A stretch of 64,000 nt of DNA from Patescibacteria group bacterium (GCA_041674765.1 JBAYVE010000003.1:66040-130039); one strand, 5' to 3'. Positions 52,609-62,299 are shown, counted from the first letter of the stretch. Notes: a model not told the origin generated them from the letters alone. Numbers and translations are program-made.

Positions 52609-53923
52609 TCTGATATTAGTATTGATCGCACTCTCAGTAGCTGACTTTCTTGGTGCAGTTGATTCAACAAGTGTGAATATTGCACTCCCAAAAATTACTG
52701 AAACTCTACATACTTCAGTAATCGTCTCTCAGTGGATTCCGAATGCATTTACCCTGACACTGGTGGCATTCCTAATACTAGCTGGCAAAATCGGCGATAA
52801 AATAGGAGCCAAAAAACTATATCTATCAGGATTATTATTATTTGGGTTGGCTTCTCTAATTCTTGGATTTACAAATATTACTTGGCTTTTGATCGGATTT
52901 AGAGCAATTCAAGGAATAGCTACGGCAATCCTTTATACAATGCCCATGATTATCATCGCACACCATTGGAAAGATAGAGAAAAAGCTTTTGCTGTTACTG
53001 CTGCCACTTTTGCTGGCGGAATGCTGGTGGGACCAGTGCTTGGTGGAATTCTCACAAATTTAAATCTTGGCAATTTTTTCAGTTGGCATTTGATCTTTCT
53101 AATTAATATCCCATTTGTCATATTTGGTCTAATTATTGCCAACAAATACATTCCTGAGACACCAGCAAAGTCATCTATGAAACTCGATTATTGGAGCGCA
53201 CTCATACTCGCATTTTCATTAGTCATACTTGTTCTTGCCTTCTCAATCATCAGCAGGTATTTTATCATATTGGGATTTCTTCTACTGGTCCTACTTTATT
53301 TCTATCAGAAGAAAACAGAAAACCACCTCCTCGATTTTACGCTTTTTCAAAATCAAACTTTTGCCGCAGCTAATGTTTTAAGTTTTATTTCCATGGTATC
53401 GGTAATTGGCATGTCTTTTGTTCTGACTTTTTATCTCCAAGACACCTTACATTGGAACCCAATGCAATCCGGATTCGCATTGCTCCCAGTGCCAATCATT
53501 ACTGGAGTATTCTCTGGAATCGGTGGTCAAATCAAAAACTGGAAATTAGCAGGGTTTTTGTCTAGTATTTTTATTTTCCTTGGCATCGTATATTTGACTC
53601 AAATAAAACCAGAATCTTCATACGTTATATCTATATTGCCAGGCCTCGCATTGGTATCGGCCGGAGCCGGATTTTTGATGACAACAATCTTTGCAGCTAT
53701 ACTTGGATCGGCTCCAACTGAGAATTCGGGTAGCGCTTCTGGTATACTAAATACATTACAACAAATGGGTTCTTTAATTGGAATTGCCCTAATATCAAGC
53801 ATGGTATTACAATACAAATTATCCTTTACAATACTATCTATATGTAGTATAATAGGTATATTATCGGCATTTTTTATAAAAAATAACAGCTCTTCAAAGA
53901 GCGGAAAGTTAGGATATAGGTAG
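52595..53923 (+). CDS. MFS transporter (DHA2/EmrB-like)
   Basis: DSTSVNIALP, GKIGDKIG, RAIQG, GPVLGG, WHLIFLINIP. Confidence 0.92.
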   Translation: MKKNNLILVLIALSVADFLGAVDSTSVNIALPKITETLHTSVIVSQWIPNAFTLTLVAFLILAGKIGDKIGAKKLYLSGLLLFGLASLILGFTNITWLLIGFRAIQGIATAILYTMPMIIIAHHWKDREKAFAVTAATFAGGMLVGPVLGGILTNLNLGNFFSWHLIFLINIPFVIFGLIIANKYIPETPAKSSMKLDYWSALILAFSLVILVLAFSIISRYFIILGFLLLVLLYFYQKKTENHLLDFTLFQNQTFAAANVLSFISMVSVIGMSFVLTFYLQDTLHWNPMQSGFALLPVPIITGVFSGIGGQIKNWKLAGFLSSIFIFLGIVYLTQIKPESSYVISILPGLALVSAGAGFLMTTIFAAILGSAPTENSGSASGILNTLQQMGSLIGIALISSMVLQYKLSFTILSICSIIGILSAFFIKNNSSSKSGKLGYR

Positions 53924-53928
53924 GTAAA

Positions 53929-55470
53929 ATGAAAGAAAAAAAAGCTCCAGACATTAAAGAGATCATGGCTGATTATGATAAAGCTGTTGAATTTTTAGCT
54001 AATACCCCGGCTGAAGTATGGGAAAATATCGGTACTAAGACTGCACTGTCTGTTTTTGAAGATACTACTGAGAACATACCTGCATATAAGAGGTTTCTTC
54101 AAAATGAAAAATTCGATCCTAAGCAAATTAAAACAATGGATAGTTTTTTTGAAATTCCAGTTAGCGATAAATATAATTATGTTCAACCTTTTGGGTTCAA
54201 TGAGATAAACTCGGTGCAAGCAGGCAAGAACTTGTATAGTTTTTCTTTGAGCTCGGGTACCGCTGACGATCCGACGATATGGCCACGATATATACAATAC
54301 GAGGATTTTTTACCTTCAGTCTTCGATGTATTTATGCGCCAATATTGGAATATAGATAAAAAATCGAGCCTTGTACTTAATGCTTTTGCTATGGGCCCCT
54401 GGATTGCCGGATTCTGTGTCCATCAAGCTCTGCGGCCTTTGACACAGAAATATAAATTGACTATGGGCACCACAGGTGCTGACATTGAGAGTATAATTTA
54501 TGCAATTTCAAAAATATCTCAGTACTACGACCAGACAATCATTATGTCATATCCAACCTTTGCTAGAACAATTTTAGACCGTTTGGAACAAACAGGAATT
54601 AATATTAAGAAATTGAACCTGAAAATGTTTATTGCCGGGGAAGGGCATACTGTCGAATGGCGACAATACATTAATAAAATGACTTCTGGTAACAAAAATG
54701 ACTTAATATCCATCATTGATGGATATGGTGTTACAGATACAGGGCTAGCGGGACAAGGATCAGCGTTAACAAACCTGATACGAGATCTCGCATTCAAGGA
54801 TGAAAAACTATCGAAGAGCTTGTTTGGGGAAGCTAATTCTGTCCCTTCTCTCTTCCAATATAATCCCGGTAATTATTTTATCGAAGAATATAATGGAGAA
54901 ATATTATTTACGACAAAAGCTACTACTCCGCTAATAAGATATAATATTCACGATAGAGGTGGAATTATTAAATTTCGAGAAATGGAAAGTATCCTTGCAA
55001 ACCATGGCTATGATTATAAGAGACTGATCAAAAAGGCTGGGCTTCCACTAAGTATTATCAGTCAGCAACCATTTGTTTATTGCTTTGGTCGTCGAGATGA
55101 CACCATTATTATTGGCGGAGCAAATATTTTTCCAGAACAAATTGCTCCTGCATTATTTAATGAAAAGGTTAAGGATATTCATAGTTTTAAATTGACAACA
55201 AAATTTGACAAGAAACAACATCAACTTTCATATGCTATTCTTGAATTAAAATCGGGGATCACTTACAAAAAAAATCAATTAGTAAGGCTAAAAAATAAAT
55301 ATCATAATACTATTCTTAATAGACTGCTGAAGACTAGCAGTGATTATGCTGTTTCTTACAAGGCAGATCCTAAATATGCAGATATAATTATAGAGATTTT
55401 CGAGAATGGGCAGGGACCATTTGCCAGCGATAGCAGTCGAACCAAACCTAGACTTATTCTAAAAAAATAG
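53929..55470 (+). CDS. Phenylacetate-CoA ligase (PaaK)-like adenylate-forming enzyme
   Basis: IPAYKRFL, SSGT, AGE, YGVTD, PLIRYNIHD, GRRDD, GANIFP. Confidence 0.85.
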   Translation: MKEKKAPDIKEIMADYDKAVEFLANTPAEVWENIGTKTALSVFEDTTENIPAYKRFLQNEKFDPKQIKTMDSFFEIPVSDKYNYVQPFGFNEINSVQAGKNLYSFSLSSGTADDPTIWPRYIQYEDFLPSVFDVFMRQYWNIDKKSSLVLNAFAMGPWIAGFCVHQALRPLTQKYKLTMGTTGADIESIIYAISKISQYYDQTIIMSYPTFARTILDRLEQTGINIKKLNLKMFIAGEGHTVEWRQYINKMTSGNKNDLISIIDGYGVTDTGLAGQGSALTNLIRDLAFKDEKLSKSLFGEANSVPSLFQYNPGNYFIEEYNGEILFTTKATTPLIRYNIHDRGGIIKFREMESILANHGYDYKRLIKKAGLPLSIISQQPFVYCFGRRDDTIIIGGANIFPEQIAPALFNEKVKDIHSFKLTTKFDKKQHQLSYAILELKSGITYKKNQLVRLKNKYHNTILNRLLKTSSDYAVSYKADPKYADIIIEIFENGQGPFASDSSRTKPRLILKK

Positions 55471-55491
55471 CAAGAAATAGGAGGGACAACG

Positions 55492-57144
55492 ATGCATGAT
55501 TATGATTTAATTTTAGGACCACTAATATCTTTGTCGTGCGTTGCCATAGGCCTTGTAATGCTTTTTAACGGTGGTCACCATTCAGAAACAAAAGTGGCTT
55601 CTATTCTCTCCATCTCGATTGGCATTTGGATAATCAGTGCATTTTTTTCAGATTTACCCTCGCTAGCGAACTATTCACTGTTCTTAAATCGATTGGTATT
55701 CTGCGCTCTTGTTATAATCATGAGCTCGTTATTATATTTGCCGTATATTTTTCCTAGACAAACTAAACCAGCAAAGTACATAAAATGGCCTCTAATAATA
55801 TTTAGTATGATTTTTAGTATTTATGCGATTGTCACTACAGGAATTGTGGAACATATAGAATTTATGAGTTGGGGTACTAATTTAGTTTATGGAAAATTTT
55901 TCCCTATTTTTTATTATTATGCAATGACAGCAATTACATTCTCTTTGGGAATGTTTATCTACCACTACATTAAATTAGACAAAAAAGAACGATTAAAAAT
56001 TATCTATTTTCTAGAAGGTCTTTTCATCTTTATGATAATTACGGTTCTAATCCATACAGTTATAAGGTCTCTAGCGGGCAGCGATGAATATTACCGCTTT
56101 GGTAATTATTCAGCTATTGTATTTGTGTATTTCACCGCCTACGCAATCGCAAAGCACCATTTGTTTAACATCAGAATATTCCTTACAGAAATTGCCTTCT
56201 CTTTAATTATGTCTGCCATAGTTGTGCAAGCAGGTTTATCGCGAGGAATCTTTGATCTGAGTGTGAACATAGTAATACTATTTATAACTTCTTACGGCGG
56301 TTATTTGTTACTAAAATCTATTCGGACGGAAATTAAACAGAAGGAAGATCTTGCTATCCTTGCACAGGAACTCAAAGAAGCCAATGAACACTTGAAAGAA
56401 GTTGATAAATTGAAAGACGACTTCTTGTCCATGGCTTCGCATGAATTGAATACCCCTATCGCCGCTATCGAGGGATATTTATCGATGATTTTGGAAGAGG
56501 GCATGGGAGGAAAGATACCAGAAAAAGCGCGTGGATATCTAGATAGCGTTTTTGTATCATCAAAAAGGCTCGCTAGCATGGTCAAGGATCTTCTGAATGT
56601 GTCCAGAATCGAATCCGGTCGTATTCATATCATCTGGGAACAAAAGCCTGTCGAGGACATTGTAAATCAAGCCATCACTGAGGTCATGTCAAAAGCGAGG
56701 GAAGCAAAACACTCTCTTACTTTTGAAGAGCCGAAACACAAAATGCCTGCTACGTGGTTCGACATAACCAGAATTACCGAGGTTGTGATAAATATTCTTG
56801 GCAATGCTATCAAATACACTGACCCTGGTGGAAAAATTGTTGCCCGAGTCACAAATGATGAGCACAAGATTGTTGTTTCTGTAGAAGATAATGGCAAGGG
56901 TATCCCGAAGGAACGCCAACAAGCGGTTTTCGAGAAATTCACTCAAGTTGATGTGATGAAAGATGAAGTCAAAGGTACAGGGCTTGGAATGTATATTTCG
57001 AAGAGATTCATAGAGCTAATGGGAGGTAAAATCTGGTTTACTTCCGAGGGAGCCGGCAAAGGCACAACTTTCTATTTTTCTCTGCCTATTATAAAAGAAA
57101 AACCCTCCGACCCGCATGAAGGCGAAGGTTTAGTCCTAAAATAA
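55492..57144 (+). CDS. Sensor histidine kinase with multi-TM (7TM-type) input domain
   Basis: Hydrophobic N-terminal half; H-box MASHELNTP; N, G1 and G2 boxes NAIKYT, DNGKGI, GTGLG. Confidence 0.93.
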   Translation: MHDYDLILGPLISLSCVAIGLVMLFNGGHHSETKVASILSISIGIWIISAFFSDLPSLANYSLFLNRLVFCALVIIMSSLLYLPYIFPRQTKPAKYIKWPLIIFSMIFSIYAIVTTGIVEHIEFMSWGTNLVYGKFFPIFYYYAMTAITFSLGMFIYHYIKLDKKERLKIIYFLEGLFIFMIITVLIHTVIRSLAGSDEYYRFGNYSAIVFVYFTAYAIAKHHLFNIRIFLTEIAFSLIMSAIVVQAGLSRGIFDLSVNIVILFITSYGGYLLLKSIRTEIKQKEDLAILAQELKEANEHLKEVDKLKDDFLSMASHELNTPIAAIEGYLSMILEEGMGGKIPEKARGYLDSVFVSSKRLASMVKDLLNVSRIESGRIHIIWEQKPVEDIVNQAITEVMSKAREAKHSLTFEEPKHKMPATWFDITRITEVVINILGNAIKYTDPGGKIVARVTNDEHKIVVSVEDNGKGIPKERQQAVFEKFTQVDVMKDEVKGTGLGMYISKRFIELMGGKIWFTSEGAGKGTTFYFSLPIIKEKPSDPHEGEGLVLK

Positions 57145-57237
57145 ATACAATATCTCAAATAAAAAATGAGAGTAGGCGTCCGTTGGGAAGCTTACTCTCT
57201 TAGGATCTTGAATGCTATGTTTTTTTTGCTCTGGATA

Positions 57238-58623
57238 TCAAATCTTCGATAATGTGAAGCCGGACCTCATGTCCTTGACCTGATATCCCTTCTCCTTGAT
57301 CGTGTGCCGCAGTACATCAGCACGCGCCCAGTCCTTGGCTTGTCTGGCGGTCTCACGCTGATTTGCCAGCTCAATTACTTCCGCCGGTACCTCGTCCTCA
57401 TCTGCGAGCAAATCGAGCCCCAGCACTTCGTCATAGCGAGAAAACAAGGCAATCTTCGTCGCATTGCTCATCGATGAATCCACAGTCTCCTGCAAAAGCG
57501 CCGTGACCATCGGTGTGTTCAAGTCGTCGCTGATGTACCCGAGGAACGACTTCTCATACCGGTCAAAGGCAGCTTGGTTCAACGGCCCGTTATCAGATGA
57601 CTTGATCATAGCGATCTTTTCGCGGAGTCGCAGACGAGTGTTCCGAGCGGTCGTCATCGCGTTGTCCGAGAAGACGACTGGGTTGCGGTAAACAGAGCCA
57701 AGCAACATAAATCGGTAATCCATCGGCTCATATCCTGCTTCAACAAGGGACTTTATCGTCAGCAGATTACCTTCCGATTTACCCATCTTGGCGTTCTCGC
57801 CCAGAACGAGAAATGCATTGTGCATCCAGTAATTGACCCACTTGTGGCCAAAGGCTGCTTCGCTTTGAGCAATCTCGTTGGTGTGATGAACGGGGATGTG
57901 ATCAATACCACCAGTGTGAATATCGAAGTGCTCGCCCAGATACTTTGATGACATCGCTGAGCATTCGATATGCCAGCCCGGGAATCCACGACCCCATGGT
58001 GAATCCCACTCCATCGCGTGATTGGTGTACTTGTGTCGGGTAAACCACAGAACAAAATCGAAAGGTGACCGCTTGTTCGGATCGACCTCAACCCGGCTTT
58101 GGATCGCCTCAGGACTCAGGTTGAGGCGCGCCATCTTCCCATAATCAGGAAATGCCGAGGTGTCAAAATAGACGTTGCCTCCAGCCGTGTAAGTAAACCC
58201 ACGGCTCTCGAGCTGTACGATCATTTGGATCATTTCGGAGATGTGCTCAGTCGCCTTGCAGACGACATCGGGAGTGATAATATGAAGAGTTTCAGCATCG
58301 TGGAAGAAGGCGTCGGTGTAATATTGGGCAATTTCCCATACCGATTTACCTTCGCGACGCGCTCCTTTCTCCATCTTCTCTTCTCCTTTTTCCGAATCAT
58401 CCGCCAAATGACCCACATCGGTCAGATTCATGACGTGGCGCACTTCATAGCCGAGGGTTTGGAGAGTTCTCTTCAAGACATCCACAAATACATATGCCCG
58501 CAGATTTCCGATATGGGCATAGTCATAGACCGTGGGTCCACAGGAATACAGTCCGACAAAACTCTCGGTGATAGGGACAAAGGGCTCTTTCCCGTGTGTC
58601 AGAGTATTGGTAATATACAGCAT
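57238..58623 (-). CDS. cysS: Cysteine--tRNA ligase
   Basis: CGPTVYDYAHIGN, PGWHIECS, HTGGIDH, KMGKS; start ATG 58623 with AAGGAG. Confidence 0.98.
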   Translation of the reverse strand: MLYITNTLTHGKEPFVPITESFVGLYSCGPTVYDYAHIGNLRAYVFVDVLKRTLQTLGYEVRHVMNLTDVGHLADDSEKGEEKMEKGARREGKSVWEIAQYYTDAFFHDAETLHIITPDVVCKATEHISEMIQMIVQLESRGFTYTAGGNVYFDTSAFPDYGKMARLNLSPEAIQSRVEVDPNKRSPFDFVLWFTRHKYTNHAMEWDSPWGRGFPGWHIECSAMSSKYLGEHFDIHTGGIDHIPVHHTNEIAQSEAAFGHKWVNYWMHNAFLVLGENAKMGKSEGNLLTIKSLVEAGYEPMDYRFMLLGSVYRNPVVFSDNAMTTARNTRLRLREKIAMIKSSDNGPLNQAAFDRYEKSFLGYISDDLNTPMVTALLQETVDSSMSNATKIALFSRYDEVLGLDLLADEDEVPAEVIELANQRETARQAKDWARADVLRHTIKEKGYQVKDMRSGFTLSKI

Positions 58624-58704
58624 GCTCTTCTCCTTCAATTCAATCGACCAAGTTATCCACAATCTACAATTCTTTAATTTATTTGTCAACTTGTCAAGCA
58701 AGTC

Positions 58705-58733
58705 TTGTCTTCCATAAAAAATTTTGCTACTAT
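58705..58733 (+). promoter_or_regulatory. Promoter of Cys leader and cysK
   Basis: TTGTCT, 17 bp ending TGC, TACTAT. Confidence 0.65.
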
Positions 58734-58740
58734 GAATTCA

Positions 58741-58806
58741 ATGAAAGAATATTCTCAAAAAGTTTGTTGTTGCACTTTCTCGGCTCTCTCGGGTTTGTTT
58801 TGTTGA
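58741..58806 (+). CDS. Cys-rich attenuator leader peptide (21 aa)
   Basis: MKEYSQKVCCCTFSALSGLFC; ATG 7 nt after -10; directly upstream of cysteine synthase. Confidence 0.8.
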   Translation: MKEYSQKVCCCTFSALSGLFC

Positions 58807-58840
58807 TATTGAAAGTAATATTTTAAACAAGCAAAATACG

Positions 58841-58866
58841 ACTCGGGAAAACCGAGTTTTTTTATT
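58841..58866 (+). terminator. Attenuator terminator
   Basis: ACTCGG-GAAAA-CCGAGT + TTTTTT; 5' arm also pairs with 58787-58805. Confidence 0.8.
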
Positions 58867-58890
58867 TTAGAGAAATAATTAGGAGATCAA

Positions 58891-59790
58891 ATGAAAAATA
58901 ATGTTTATGACAATGTTCTCGGGTTGATCGGAAATACACCGTTGGTAAAAGTAACTAAGTTTAACACGAACAAGAACGTCAGGATATATGCAAAACTCGA
59001 AGGGCAAAATCCTGGAGGATCGATCAAGGACCGCATCGGTCTTAAGATGATTGAGGATGCTGAGAAAAATGGCGAATTAACAAAAGATAAAATTATCATC
59101 GAGCCTACCTCCGGGAACACAGGCATCGGTTTGGCTATGGTAGCAGCAGTTAAAGGTTATAAAATTCAGATAACAATGAGTGCAGCAATGAGTGATGAAA
59201 GAAAGAAAGCTCTTCGAGCATTCGGAGCGGAACTTATCGAAACCGATCCGACTAAAGGAACCGATGGTGCAATCGTCAAAGCGCATGAATTGTTGGATAA
59301 AAATCCGAATACTTATTGGATGCCAAACCAATTCGAGAATGATAGCAATCCGCTAGCGCATTACGTCGGAACAGCAGAAGAAATAATCTCTCAAATGCCA
59401 AAAATAACTCATTTCATCGCTGGAATGGGCACTTCCGGCACATTGATGGGCGTATCAAAACGACTCAAAGAATATAATAGCAAAATAGAGATAATAGGCG
59501 TAGAACCGATTCTCGGACACAAGGTTGCAGGCCTGAAAAATATGCAAGAAGCAATTCAGCCAAAAATTTATAATGAGGCAGAGCTAAGTAGAAAAATTAA
59601 TGTAAATGATGAAAATGCTTATGAGACTTCTCGACAGCTCGCGCTGAAAGAAGGCATATTTGTGGGAATGAGCAGCGGGGCAGCCATGTTCGCCGCTCTG
59701 GAATTGGCGAACTCCCTTGAGAAAGGCAATATCGTCGTAATCCTACCCGATCGAGGCGATAGATACACAAGCACTAACTTATTTGGCTAG
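58891..59790 (+). CDS. cysK: Cysteine synthase (O-acetylserine sulfhydrylase, CysK/CysM family)
   Basis: IGNTPLV, KLEGQNPGGSIKDR, EPTSGNTGIGLA, GMGTSGT, GMSSGA, PDRGDRY; CysK versus CysM not resolvable by eye. Confidence 0.9.
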   Translation: MKNNVYDNVLGLIGNTPLVKVTKFNTNKNVRIYAKLEGQNPGGSIKDRIGLKMIEDAEKNGELTKDKIIIEPTSGNTGIGLAMVAAVKGYKIQITMSAAMSDERKKALRAFGAELIETDPTKGTDGAIVKAHELLDKNPNTYWMPNQFENDSNPLAHYVGTAEEIISQMPKITHFIAGMGTSGTLMGVSKRLKEYNSKIEIIGVEPILGHKVAGLKNMQEAIQPKIYNEAELSRKINVNDENAYETSRQLALKEGIFVGMSSGAAMFAALELANSLEKGNIVVILPDRGDRYTSTNLFG

Positions 59791-59892
59791 CATTTACTTG
59801 CTTTATAAACTTATGTAATATTCTATTCAAGAACGAAAGTCAGAGACCTGACTAATTTTGCACAAGATGTGCCGTTCCTAAGGAAAAGCGCC

Positions 59893-61197
59893 ATGTCAGC
59901 CCAGACGCTCCTCCTCAAAGAGGTACTAAGGCGTGATGTACAGCCGGCATTAGGTTGTACCGAGCCTGTAGCAGTAGCACTCGCTTGCAGTGTTGCCGCG
60001 CAGGCTGCCCGTACTAGCGAAGTCATCGCAAAAGGTTCTCCGATTGAACATGTTTCAATCGTCGTTGACCCCGGAGTGATGAAAAACGGCAACGCCGTCG
60101 CCGTCCCGAACAGCTTTGGCAAGAAGGGCAACCTTATTGCTGCGGCGCTTGGCACAGTTTGCACTCACCCCGAACTGGGGCTCGAACTGCTGCAAGGAAC
60201 CGACGCTCAGGCCTTGGCTTCCGCCGAACATTTGCTTCGCAGTAACATGATTTCGCTCGTCTATGATGAAAATCAGACTTCCCTCTACATTCGAGCGACG
60301 GTAACAATCGGAGCCAATACAGCTATCGCCGTCATAAAAGACACCCACACGAACATCGCTTCAATTACCCTGAACGGGGTGCGGCTTGACAGCCAAGTGA
60401 CGGGTCAAACGGCGAGGGAAGAATCAACTCTTGACGGTCGACTTTCGTCATTGAGCATTACCGATCTCGTCCAGATAGCCAACAAAGCCGACAAAGACGA
60501 TATCTGCTACCTCCTTTCCGGTGCTGATATGAATTCAGCTCTTTCCACCGCCGGAATGTCTCTACAAAAGGTAGGACACCATCTCGAGACAATGCTGCTA
60601 AGTCGAACCATCGATGACGGACCGATCAATCGTGCAAAAATCGCCGTTGCGGCAGCTACAGATGCACGGATGGCCGGCATAGCACTTCCAGCCATGAGCA
60701 GTGGCGGCAGCGGAAATCAGGGAATAGTTGCGATTCTCGTCCCTTACCTGATGGGTAAATACTCGAACGTGCCAGACACTCAGATTGGGAAGAGCCTCGC
60801 ACTCTCCCACCTCGTCAACAGTTACGTCAAGTGCTTCACCGGAAAACTCTCCTCTATGTGTGGTTGCGCTGTTGCGGCGGGGGTCGGCGCATCTAGCGCA
60901 ATTGTCCTCCAAGAAAACGGTGACGCGCTAGTGGTCGGCAATGCCATCAACAACGTTCTTGCCAACATCGCCGGTGTCCTATGTGATGGGGCAAAGGGCG
61001 GTTGTGCACTCAAGGTGGCAAGTTCCGCCGAAACGGCGATCATGTCAGCCAATTTGGCACTCGGCGGCTATTCGCTTGGCGGTCCCGAGGGCATCATCGG
61101 CAAAACTGCCGATGAAACGATCGCCAACCTGGGCAAACTCGCTACAAGCTCTGATCCGGTTGTCAATCAGGAAGTCCTCTCCATCCTCGGACGGTAA
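59893..61197 (+). CDS. L-cysteine desulfidase family protein (CyuA/YhaM)
   Basis: PALGCTEP, KNG..V.VP, DARMAG, MSSGGSGNQG, LSSMCGC, CDGAKGGCALK. Confidence 0.88.
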   Translation: MSAQTLLLKEVLRRDVQPALGCTEPVAVALACSVAAQAARTSEVIAKGSPIEHVSIVVDPGVMKNGNAVAVPNSFGKKGNLIAAALGTVCTHPELGLELLQGTDAQALASAEHLLRSNMISLVYDENQTSLYIRATVTIGANTAIAVIKDTHTNIASITLNGVRLDSQVTGQTAREESTLDGRLSSLSITDLVQIANKADKDDICYLLSGADMNSALSTAGMSLQKVGHHLETMLLSRTIDDGPINRAKIAVAAATDARMAGIALPAMSSGGSGNQGIVAILVPYLMGKYSNVPDTQIGKSLALSHLVNSYVKCFTGKLSSMCGCAVAAGVGASSAIVLQENGDALVVGNAINNVLANIAGVLCDGAKGGCALKVASSAETAIMSANLALGGYSLGGPEGIIGKTADETIANLGKLATSSDPVVNQEVLSILGR

Positions 61198-61223
61198 TGC
61201 ATACCGCCTCTAACACAACACAA

Positions 61224-61316
61224 AAGACCCACGCTGGTTTCGAACTAGTGTGGGTCTCATTATTTTATGGTTCAGTTAAATAATAAACGGCGGGTCACAA
61301 TCCATGTGATCCGCCG
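61224..61316. terminator. Paired hairpin terminators between convergent genes
   Basis: AGACCCAC...GTGGGTCT and CGGCGGGTCACA...TGTGATCCGCCG. Confidence 0.6.
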
Positions 61317-61343
61317 AGTTTAGGTTCATTCAAAAGAAGCTCT

Positions 61344-61994
61344 TCAACTTATCATACTGCTAAGCTTCTTAATCGCAAGTTGTCCGATCCCACTTTCGAG
61401 GGAGAAATCGGCACAGATTTGGAGCCATTGCTCTTCCGTTAGCTGCATTTTCGCCAGAGAGGTAATCCCAACATCGTACAGATTATTCGTTGAAGTAATG
61501 TCCTTGATGAGAGCTATCCAATCATCAGCTTGCCCAACCTCGACCAGTCTCTCCGACACCTTACTTTTCCCCCGAATATCGCTATCCGGGATTGCTTGGT
61601 AAGCTGTCCGCCATTGCTGAAAAGTGATTGCGGTCGAACACATCTCACTCACAGCCTTGACCTCAAGCTGATTACCACGAGGGCATATGGCGTAGATATG
61701 GTGCCAATGATCGAAGCTAGCGGCTGTTTCGGTCATTTTCTGCAACACCGTTGATTTAAGCGTCTGGTGACTTTGCAAGGTTGCGCAGACTTCCAGCCAC
61801 TGCTCAAACGATGTTGCGCGTGTACAGAGGACCTTTATGACCGCAAGCTTGAGATTGCTACTGCCTCCTTTGGCGACTTCGAGCAACCGCTCGAAAGTAA
61901 ACTGTCCTATGAAATCAGGCGGCAATCTGTGCTGCCAGATTTCAAGTGCCTTAACAAAGCCGACCCGGCTAGCCATTTGATCAAAGGTATACAT
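61344..61994 (-). CDS. Helical tandem-repeat protein (~31-aa A.[ST]F..W repeats)
   Basis: ATSFEQW, AASFDHW, AITFQQW, ADDW, LTEEQW at regular spacing; SD AGGAG. Confidence 0.7.
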   Translation of the reverse strand: MYTFDQMASRVGFVKALEIWQHRLPPDFIGQFTFERLLEVAKGGSSNLKLAVIKVLCTRATSFEQWLEVCATLQSHQTLKSTVLQKMTETAASFDHWHHIYAICPRGNQLEVKAVSEMCSTAITFQQWRTAYQAIPDSDIRGKSKVSERLVEVGQADDWIALIKDITSTNNLYDVGITSLAKMQLTEEQWLQICADFSLESGIGQLAIKKLSSMIS

Positions 61995-62094
61995 CACGAT
62001 TCTCCTAATTGGAACTGGCTTAGTAAAAATTATATCAATATTGAACAAAAAGCAAGGGCTAGGAAAAGCTGAATATCAATTTTGAGTTATTTTC

Positions 62095-62123
62095 TTGACA
62101 AAAATAACTCCTTCACTTACAAT
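62095..62123 (+). promoter_or_regulatory. Near-consensus promoter of peptide/rSAM unit
   Basis: TTGACA, 17 bp, TACAAT. Confidence 0.8.
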
Positions 62124-62171
62124 ATCACACAACGGTAGCCAAGCTATCGGTGTACAAAGGGGGTGATTCAC

Positions 62172-62204
62172 ATGGTGCTCAAGGGCCACTGTGGCGACGA
62201 CTAA
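62172..62204 (+). CDS. Putative 10-aa precursor peptide MVLKGHCGDD
   Basis: Strong SD AAGGGGGTGA just upstream of ATG; first ORF after promoter; hairpin then rSAM gene follow. Confidence 0.6.
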   Translation: MVLKGHCGDD

Positions 62205-62239
62205 GCCATGCCACTAACCGACGCTATGTCGGATGACAC

Positions 62240-62280
62240 GCGTGCGGGGAAGGGTTTTACCCTGAACCGCACGTATTTTT
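62240..62280 (+). terminator. Internal hairpin with U tract between peptide ORF and rSAM gene
   Basis: CGTGCGG...AGGGT-TTT-ACCCT...CCGCACG + TATTTTT. Confidence 0.55.
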
Positions 62281-62299
62281 GATGAGGGGGACAAGAATT

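Noticed and set aside
62208-62282. 24-aa ORF MPLTDAMSDDTRAGKGFTLNRTYF after the decapeptide
   Set aside because: No SD and it runs through the hairpin; a weaker precursor candidate than the 10-aa ORF, though coupling cannot be excluded.
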